This document shows, piece after piece, positions 27,913 through 34,643 of a stretch of DNA of 64,000 nucleotides; within the stretch, counting starts at the first letter, position 1, and every line of letters begins with the position of its first letter. The translations under genes were made by a program, and so were the position numbers. Below the pieces are notes generated by a model, which saw nothing but the letters and a program-made list of their open reading frames with translations, ran no database searches and was not told the DNA's origin. The DNA is from Hungateiclostridiaceae bacterium UBA1305 (GTDB taxonomy: Bacteria; Bacillota; Clostridia; Acetivibrionales; DTU013), in NCBI GenBank assembly GCA_002307275.1, contig DBTX01000078.1, positions 66,350 to 130,349 of the forward strand, given 5' to 3'.

Positions 27913-29379
27913 CTATTCCGTCTGCAGTTTTGCAGCAAGTCTGCGGCCTCTGAAGTATCGGACTACAGCCATGGCTTTTAATACGGCATAGGTCAGACCA
28001 GACACAAACAGCATGTCAAAGCTGACGTCAAACAGGAAAAGGTGTTTGCTGATATCGGCTTCACCATCTGCGATGATCGGTAAGATTAGCTGCATGGCAC
28101 CCGTTATCGCAATAAAACCGAAAAATTCAACCAGGAAGCGCTTTCCGGGGTTATCCGCCCTGCCGTACTCATAGACAAGGGCCAGGAAAACTACAACGTA
28201 AAAAGCGCCTATGAAAAATAGTGTATGAGGAAGCACCTTCATTTTAAAATCGCTCCAGAATCCCATCGAATTCGTAGTCTGTTTATAATTGATTCCCGGG
28301 TACTTTTCAAAATTGCCGAAACCCTGCTTAAGCTGAAATCCATTAGCCGCGGCAAATTCAAGCTTCTGCAGAAAACGTGACGGATGCTTCAAATAGAATC
28401 CTGCCACTTTGGTGTAGTTGATATTTTCATAAATCATTTTCTTAAATTCCGGTGTGCGTATATCGATTGGGTAACTTTCCATAAAATAGTTGGTACCTGC
28501 AAGAGGTGCCAGCGAGGGATCAAGGCCCAGTTCCTGCAGATCTCCAGCCGGATCCGGCGAGTTTTTCAAAATTCCGTAGAAAACCGATTGATACTTGTTG
28601 CATACTTTTATTTCCTTTGAAACACCCAAATAACAACTCAGCGACACAAAAACCACTGCCGCCGCTGAAACCATTGCAATACTCCGCCATATCGTATCCT
28701 TCCTGAGCCAGACAAGCCTGATACACAGCAGTGCAGCCAACAAACCGGACGGACCGTTTTGCACTTTGGCTCCCGAAAAGAAAAGAGCTGCCGTGCCAAA
28801 CAGCAAAAGCATCCAGACAGCAGGCTTCTCCGCTGTTGCCAAAGTTAGCGCCGTTCCCGCCATCAACAACAGAAAGGTGAATGTCACCGGTTCGCCATAC
28901 AGTGAATTGAAATATGCCGTGTAGCCTATATCACATAAAATGAGAAGGAGGACAAGTGCAGAGAACACACTGACATAGCCTGACCGTTTTCTGATGCATC
29001 TTATTGTTAAAAAGACGGCTGCTGCAAGTATGAGAGTATATATCGCACCAAGGGTTCTGATATCGAAAAGAAGTGCTCCGGATAATGCTTTACTAATATA
29101 AACCGCCAGCACAACCAGTGGAATCTGCGTTGAAAGGTATCTGCCTCCGAAAGGGATGATATAGCTGGTATTGTAAAGTCTGTTCACATACCCGAAATAT
29201 CGGTCTTCACGCAGATCCGAAAGGGTTGAAAGCCCTGTAGAATTCATTATCCTGGCGAAATCGCCATTGTCGGCAATTCCTGTTATTGGACGTAGCATCA
29301 AGACAAGAGACAAAATTACTACAATGGCTATTGCCGCAACGATTTCGATTTTAAGCCTTTTTATGTAAATAAACAACAT
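27913..29379 (-). CDS. Large polytopic membrane protein, possibly a WsfD-like glycan hexose transferase
   Basis: ~12 TM segments. The N-terminal ITGIADNGDFARIMN motif is one I associate with WsfD-type proteins, from memory only. Confidence 0.55.
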   Translation of the reverse strand: MLFIYIKRLKIEIVAAIAIVVILSLVLMLRPITGIADNGDFARIMNSTGLSTLSDLREDRYFGYVNRLYNTSYIIPFGGRYLSTQIPLVVLAVYISKALSGALLFDIRTLGAIYTLILAAAVFLTIRCIRKRSGYVSVFSALVLLLILCDIGYTAYFNSLYGEPVTFTFLLLMAGTALTLATAEKPAVWMLLLFGTAALFFSGAKVQNGPSGLLAALLCIRLVWLRKDTIWRSIAMVSAAAVVFVSLSCYLGVSKEIKVCNKYQSVFYGILKNSPDPAGDLQELGLDPSLAPLAGTNYFMESYPIDIRTPEFKKMIYENINYTKVAGFYLKHPSRFLQKLEFAAANGFQLKQGFGNFEKYPGINYKQTTNSMGFWSDFKMKVLPHTLFFIGAFYVVVFLALVYEYGRADNPGKRFLVEFFGFIAITGAMQLILPIIADGEADISKHLFLFDVSFDMLFVSGLTYAVLKAMAVVRYFRGRRLAAKLQTE

Positions 29380-29459
29380 TGACTACTCCCTGAATAGAAT
29401 TTAATACCTTATGCAAATCACATAGGATGATATTATTCCAAACTATTCAGCGAGTATTC

Positions 29460-29984
29460 TTATTTACCGGACTGGTTGATATTCAGGCCGGTCTTTTTAG
29501 GGGGGAATGCTTCCTGTACTTTTTTAGACTTAACAAGGTATATATACCATCCAATACTAAAAAGTGCCACATATGATATATTAATAATAAATGATGTCAT
29601 TATGCTGGCACTCTCATTCGCATAGGTGGGACTTAAACTATCATAAGGTACCGCAGCAATCTGTAAATTCATATTGATAATGAGAACAGGTGTAAAATAA
29701 ATCAGTCTGTATACCAGAAATACCTTTGTAGCAGCAACTGCAAAGCTGTACTGCTTCTTCAGGGTGATTCCCGAAAACAGTGAAAAAACAATATATGCTA
29801 CAGAAAAAACTACAAACACTGTTAGAAATATTTTTGAATCAGGATATGCATTAAAACCGACTGCGATCGAAAGGATGCCCAAAAACGGCTCAATTGATAT
29901 CAGCATAAAGAAAAGAATAAGCAGTATTCCTCCTATACCTTTTTCTTCAAATAGTTCAAAGGGTTTTCTAAATTCGTCTATCAT
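29460..29984 (-). CDS. Hypothetical membrane protein
   Basis: 174 aa, 4-5 hydrophobic segments, no recognisable motif. Confidence 0.5.
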   Translation of the reverse strand: MIDEFRKPFELFEEKGIGGILLILFFMLISIEPFLGILSIAVGFNAYPDSKIFLTVFVVFSVAYIVFSLFSGITLKKQYSFAVAATKVFLVYRLIYFTPVLIINMNLQIAAVPYDSLSPTYANESASIMTSFIINISYVALFSIGWYIYLVKSKKVQEAFPPKKTGLNINQSGK

Positions 29985-30067
29985 ATTTTACCCCTTTCAA
30001 TTTAATTTCAATTTCAATATATCCATATATTATCCTTTAATTTACAGTCTCCGTCAACATGTAATAT

Positions 30068-31348
30068 TTATATAATAATGTTTTCCGCAGGATTTCCCGA
30101 TGAACGGCACACAGTTATCCTTCTATTATAAATGGCTGTGTAAAGCAACATCAGCACCCCTCCGATAAATGGCAGCAACGCTGTTGGTAATAAATCCATA
30201 CATATTCCAGATAGGATAAAGGCTAATGGCGAAGCTGTTTTCACCATGCTCATGCCAAGGCTAAGCACCCTGCCGCGAAGATTGGCAGGCAATTTTGTCT
30301 GCAACATATACAGCAGTGGAATATCTATATAAGCCGCAGCTATTCCCATAGTGCCCATTACGACACAATAATAGGCTGTACAGACCGGACTCGGGAAGCT
30401 GATTTTGAGGAATAATACAGGGAGGGCAATGAATAGGATCGAGCAAGCAAGTACTACTGCAGCCCTGACCAGGATCTTCATATATCCAATATCCAGGTTC
30501 CAACGTCTGATCGATACAGCACCTAGAAGTGCCCCTATCGGGAAAGCTGACTGAACAATGCCATAATTAATCGATCCCAGACGCATAACATTATTTATGA
30601 TGTATGGCAATGGAACCAGCACAGAAAACCCAATAAAAAAATTAAGTCCTGCAAGGAAAATGAAAGCCCCTGTTATCTCAGTCCTCCCCTTCATGTATGC
30701 GATACCGCTCCTGATATCCTCAATGATATTGTAACTATTGCGTCCATCGAAGCGCGTGGTGTCATCGTTCATAGAACCAAGCCTGAAGTCGACACAACAT
30801 CCCATGATTGCCGAAAAAATGAACGAAAACGCATTCAAACAAATAAATATTCTGATGTCAGTAAAAATGTAGACAAACCCACCAAGCATTGGGCCTAGCA
30901 CTGCAGCAGCAGACTCTATGACCCTGTTGGCAGAATTCATCCCCATCAGGTGGTCACTGGTTACCATATCTGGAATAGCTGCTTCCAGACTGATATCGAA
31001 TATTACCGTAACTACGTTGATGATAAATGTACTACTGTAGATTACTAACAAGCCAAGTCCATTGAATAAAGAAAATAGAAGTACTCCAAAAAGAAAACAT
31101 CCATTCAATAAATCCGCTATTACCACTACATACTTTCTGCTGCACCTGTCTGCTATTACTCCGGCAAGCGGATTGATCAGAATAACAGGAAGAGTCCCCA
31201 ATACCAGCGTGAATGCAAAGGATAGCCCGGAACCGGTGATCTTCAGAACATAAAGCCCCATGGCAAAAGTGTAAATAGAACTGCCCAGAAGGGAAACCGA
31301 TTTCCCTAATGACATAAAAACCATATTTCGAATGACTTTTTGATTCAT
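30068..31348 (-). CDS. MFS transporter (drug-efflux/EntS-like subfamily)
   Basis: 12 TM segments, motif-A-like GVIADRCSRKY after TM2, GGGAGG RBS. Confidence 0.85.
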   Translation of the reverse strand: MNQKVIRNMVFMSLGKSVSLLGSSIYTFAMGLYVLKITGSGLSFAFTLVLGTLPVILINPLAGVIADRCSRKYVVVIADLLNGCFLFGVLLFSLFNGLGLLVIYSSTFIINVVTVIFDISLEAAIPDMVTSDHLMGMNSANRVIESAAAVLGPMLGGFVYIFTDIRIFICLNAFSFIFSAIMGCCVDFRLGSMNDDTTRFDGRNSYNIIEDIRSGIAYMKGRTEITGAFIFLAGLNFFIGFSVLVPLPYIINNVMRLGSINYGIVQSAFPIGALLGAVSIRRWNLDIGYMKILVRAAVVLACSILFIALPVLFLKISFPSPVCTAYYCVVMGTMGIAAAYIDIPLLYMLQTKLPANLRGRVLSLGMSMVKTASPLAFILSGICMDLLPTALLPFIGGVLMLLYTAIYNRRITVCRSSGNPAENIII

Positions 31349-31352
31349 ATTA

Positions 31353-31391
31353 AAAGCCTCCCATCTGATTAAATTATAAATGGAAGGCTTT
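31353..31391 (-). promoter_or_regulatory. Hairpin sequestering the MFS ribosome-binding site
   Basis: Minus-strand RNA AAAGCCUUCCAU-n15-AUGGGAGGCUUU forms 12 consecutive pairs (one G-U). The 3' arm contains the GGGAGG Shine-Dalgarno sequence, and the ATG follows 4 nt later. Confidence 0.45.
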
Positions 31392-31438
31392 ACCCCACTG
31401 CAAGATGCGAAATCGAAAGTTTTTCACCTGTTTACATG

Positions 31439-32689
31439 CTAAACCTCGTGTACACCCGACCTTTTCGCATAAATCACACAGCTGTTCACGCGTTCCCCTT
31501 CCGTGAACCAGCTTTCATACTTACCGCCCTTATCCAGATAGTCAGTGATCATTTCATTGTCTATATCAAAACCAAGTGCTGATATTTCCTTTTTAATCAT
31601 TTCTATTTTGAAGTTCTTCCTCAAGCCCACAGCAACCCTGCTGCTGGTAGAAAAATTTCCGAATAGGATGTAGCTTCCCAGAAGAGCTGCCTGATCGTTA
31701 AAATATCGCAAAACAGGCTTTAGCAGGAACTCCTCATGCTCAAAGGAATAATTGCTGGTCCCTGTAATGTCAAGAACCAGTTCTGCTGCTTTATCCCGGA
31801 TGGGTATCTGAAGAAAATCCGAACAAATGAAAAGGATATTTTTCCGCTTCCCTGATTTCTCCAGCAGTTGCTTCAGGTAGCGCTGCATGCATATATCGTG
31901 ATCAACTGCAATATAAAATGTGTTCTCCGGCAATTCATCATAAATGAGTCTAAGAAAAAAACCTAGCCCGGAACCGAGTTCCAGCAGGACCTTGCCATCA
32001 AGTTCCACGAAATTCAGCCTTCGGTAGGCCCATTCCAGGCTTTTATAAACATTTTTCAAATATGCCTCATCAGTATTTTGGATATAGTTGGAAATTTGAT
32101 TTTGATCAAGAGCTTCCACCAGTACATCGGACACATCGTCTCCTGCATCTGTTTTAACGATCAGAATACCGTCAGTGATCATGAATTCGGATCCACAGCT
32201 GCAATCCAGCAAACCCTCCATGACCTGATTGTCTTCGATCTGCGCTTTACGGAGATTCAACCCGCATTTACAATGAGGGCACTGCAGCAGTCCTAGATTT
32301 CTCAGCTGTATGCCGAGTCTGAGCGGTTTTTCTTTCTGCGTACTGTCAAACTCTTTAATTTTGGCTTCCAACCTGCTGCTGATCTGTTTCAGTTCATTTA
32401 AAAGCTCTGATATCCTGATGTGTTTATTTACAAACAGATCGTGAAAGGAGGCATCTTGCTTATAAGAAGTCATTCTGCCAAGTTTTCGGAACATGAATAC
32501 CGTATGTATTTCTGCGAGCGTGAATCCCATAGCCTTGAGAGAATTGATTTCCTCAAGGTCATTTGCACATCTGCCGTCAAAGGAGTATTGACCGCTATTC
32601 TTTTCAGGCAGCAGCAAACCAAGGTCGATATAATGCCTGATCGTATCAATACTCACATGATGTGAAGCTGCAAACGCACCGATTTTCAA
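31439..32689 (-). CDS. MerR-family regulator fused to a zinc ribbon and a class I SAM-methyltransferase-like domain
   Basis: MerR HTH MKIGAFAASHHVSIDTIRHYIDLGLL plus a coiled coil. Trm112-like CPHC...CSCG ribbon. Motif I LLELGSGLG. TTG start with GGGGG RBS. Confidence 0.8.
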   Translation of the reverse strand: MKIGAFAASHHVSIDTIRHYIDLGLLLPEKNSGQYSFDGRCANDLEEINSLKAMGFTLAEIHTVFMFRKLGRMTSYKQDASFHDLFVNKHIRISELLNELKQISSRLEAKIKEFDSTQKEKPLRLGIQLRNLGLLQCPHCKCGLNLRKAQIEDNQVMEGLLDCSCGSEFMITDGILIVKTDAGDDVSDVLVEALDQNQISNYIQNTDEAYLKNVYKSLEWAYRRLNFVELDGKVLLELGSGLGFFLRLIYDELPENTFYIAVDHDICMQRYLKQLLEKSGKRKNILFICSDFLQIPIRDKAAELVLDITGTSNYSFEHEEFLLKPVLRYFNDQAALLGSYILFGNFSTSSRVAVGLRKNFKIEMIKKEISALGFDIDNEMITDYLDKGGKYESWFTEGERVNSCVIYAKRSGVHEV

Positions 32690-32766
32690 AAACCCGCCCC
32701 CTTTCTATCATTATCCTTCATTCTTATATCAAAATCAACCGGTATAGGAATGGATAGGGCTACAGG

Positions 32767-32960
32767 AACAGAAACATAAACAGAGGCAATGATAAAGAAA
32801 TATCAAAACAGTAGGCGATGACATCGCAGTATTCGAACCATAGGCAATGACGGCGCAGTATTCGAACTATTGGCGATACCGCGCGTTATCGGGACTGCTG
32901 GTGATACAACACTTTATCAAGAACTGCTGGCTTGACAGTGTATAATCAGAACAGCTGAGG
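32767..32960. repeat. Degenerate tandem array, ~7 units of 28-29 bp
   Basis: Units all begin AAC(A/T/C): AACAGAGGCAATGATAAAGAAATATCAA / AACAGTAGGCGATGACATCGCAGTATTCG / AACCATAGGCAATGACGGCGCAGTATTCG / AACTATTGGCGATACCGCGCGTTATCGGG / ACTGCTGGTGATACAACACTTTATCAAG / AACTGCTGGCTTGACAGTGTATAATCAG / AACAGCTGAGGG... Confidence 0.85.
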
Positions 32961-32992
32961 GTTTTCAGACTACCTGATGGTCAGGTGAAATC

Positions 32993-33424
32993 CTAATGTA
33001 CAATCGTATAGGACGTTGTGATCATCTTTCCGCCGCCGGATACGAGCAGTTGATAAGTACCGGGCAGGGTATCGCCTTTCACATCCCAGTCCCAGCTGAC
33101 CTTACCATCATTTCCGGCATGTTTTGCAGCCGATGCTGACATCATACCCCGGGAATTAATATAGTTTGAGGTAACTGTGTAATTTGTATTCGGTACGCCA
33201 TGGATGGAAAGGCTGCCCTTCTCGCCTGTTCTGACCGTCTTTTTTACATCCAGGACCGTTATTCCAGAATCACTGTCCGGGATAGCACCCGGAATAACAT
33301 CTCCCTGGCGACCGGTAACCTCAAAACCCTGCAGCCGGGGCACAGGTCTTTCGGAAGCCGATCCGCAGCCCGATAAAACAATTGTAAAAAGAATGGCAAA
33401 GCTGAATAACAATTTCTCTCTCAT
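32993..33424 (-). CDS. Secreted lipoprotein of unknown function (beta-rich)
   Basis: Signal peptide with lipobox IVLSGCGS, then a Gly/Thr/Val-rich, probably Ig-like, domain. Confidence 0.6.
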   Translation of the reverse strand: MREKLLFSFAILFTIVLSGCGSASERPVPRLQGFEVTGRQGDVIPGAIPDSDSGITVLDVKKTVRTGEKGSLSIHGVPNTNYTVTSNYINSRGMMSASAAKHAGNDGKVSWDWDVKGDTLPGTYQLLVSGGGKMITTSYTIVH

Positions 33425-33558
33425 AATAATACCTCTCGTTTATTAAACCGGAATATGTCTATATGTTGTCCAGATTTGCAGTTTTTGATTATTGCAATCA
33501 GTTATCACTTCAAGTAATATCTAAATATGGCGTATAGATGAAGCAGCGAATATGAAGG

Positions 33559-34449
33559 ATGTGTTGTATGTTGGATAATATACCTTTTTTTCTTGTTGAT
33601 GTGTTTGCGGAACATAAATACCAGGGCAACCAGCTGGCTGTGTTCATGAATGCAGGCGGGCTTTCGGATACAGAGATGCAGGATATTGCACATGAAACGA
33701 ATTTTGCAGAAACCTCGTTCATCCTTTCCGGCAAAAAGGAAAATAGCGGTTATGATGTCAGAATATTTACACCGGACTTTGAAGTACCCTTTGCCGGACA
33801 CCCCACACTGGGAACAGCCTATATCATTCACAATGAAATAGAAGACGGACGATCTGAGAGAATCATCTTGAATCTGAAAGCAGGGCAAATACCGGTCACG
33901 CCGGATAAGGAGGGCTGCCTTTGGATGAAACAGAATCCGCCGCGTTTCGGACAGTGTGTCAGCATGGGTACGATTGCGGAAATACTGGGCATTACGGTAA
34001 ATGATATCGACAAACGTTTCCCAGTACAGGAAACCAGCACTGGCCTGGCCTCGGTCATAGTTCCTCTCAATACACTGGACGCGGTAAAAAGATGCCGTAT
34101 CAATCACGATAGGTATGCATGTTTTCTGAAGGAAGAGCTTAAAGATATCCTGCTGGTTTTTACCGACCAGACCTACCATCCGCTCAACAAATTAAACGTC
34201 CGGGTTTTTGCAGATGATTCGGGCTACCCCGAGGATGCAGCAACCGGAAGTGCTAACGGAAATCTCGCGGCCTACCTTCTGGAACATGATTACTTCAGCA
34301 GTGCACAGTTGCGGTACAATGTCGAGCAGGGCTATGAAATGGGCCGCCCTTCCCTATTAAAGGTAAGAGCGGAGAAATTCGGCAAACAGTTTGATATAAA
34401 CATTGGCGGCAATGTCATCTTGACAGCACGTGGCGAGTGGCTTCTATAA
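33559..34449 (+). CDS. PhzF-family isomerase
   Basis: FLVDVFAEHKYQGNQLAVF...ETSF...FTPDFEVPFAGHPTLG...ATGSANGNLAAYL. The likely start is the ATG at 33568 (MLDNIPFF). Confidence 0.85.
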   Translation: MCCMLDNIPFFLVDVFAEHKYQGNQLAVFMNAGGLSDTEMQDIAHETNFAETSFILSGKKENSGYDVRIFTPDFEVPFAGHPTLGTAYIIHNEIEDGRSERIILNLKAGQIPVTPDKEGCLWMKQNPPRFGQCVSMGTIAEILGITVNDIDKRFPVQETSTGLASVIVPLNTLDAVKRCRINHDRYACFLKEELKDILLVFTDQTYHPLNKLNVRVFADDSGYPEDAATGSANGNLAAYLLEHDYFSSAQLRYNVEQGYEMGRPSLLKVRAEKFGKQFDINIGGNVILTARGEWLL

Positions 34450-34555
34450 GCTCTGCGAATGGCTTCTTTACTCGGAAAATGACTTCTTAAGCTCGGCGAA
34501 TGGCTTCTGTATGCTTGGGCAATAGCTTCCATGAGCTCGGTGAATGAGAACGCAG
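34433..34555. repeat. Degenerate tandem array of ~21-bp units seeded by the 3' end of the PhzF gene
   Basis: GCGAGTGGCTTCTataagctct / GCGAATGGCTTCTttactcg / GAAAATGACTTCTtaagctcg / GCGAATGGCTTCTgtatgcttgg / GCAATAGCTTCCatgagctcg / GTGAATGAGAAC... The first unit encodes the last codons (GEWLL*). Confidence 0.85.
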
Positions 34556-34643
34556 TCTTATTACTGTAATAGACTGCTAATATAGTGTAACTTGTTTTTC
34601 ATAGCATCCCGGGAGATATTGCCTCCTGATTCTTCGGCTTGCC

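Noticed and set aside
32929-32946. Consensus TTGACA and TATAAT hexamers in the repeat array
   Set aside because: They are separated by only 3 nt instead of ~17. They also face away from the nearest gene start, so this is not a functional sigma-A promoter as arranged.
32767-32960. Tandem array considered as a degenerate CRISPR
   Set aside because: The units are contiguous with no unique spacers. The repeats are not conserved (identity decays rapidly). No cas genes or leader are present.
33505-34179. 224-codon ORF on the minus strand
   Set aside because: It is antisense to the PhzF-family gene. It has no motif, and it would leave the well-supported plus-strand gene unexplained.
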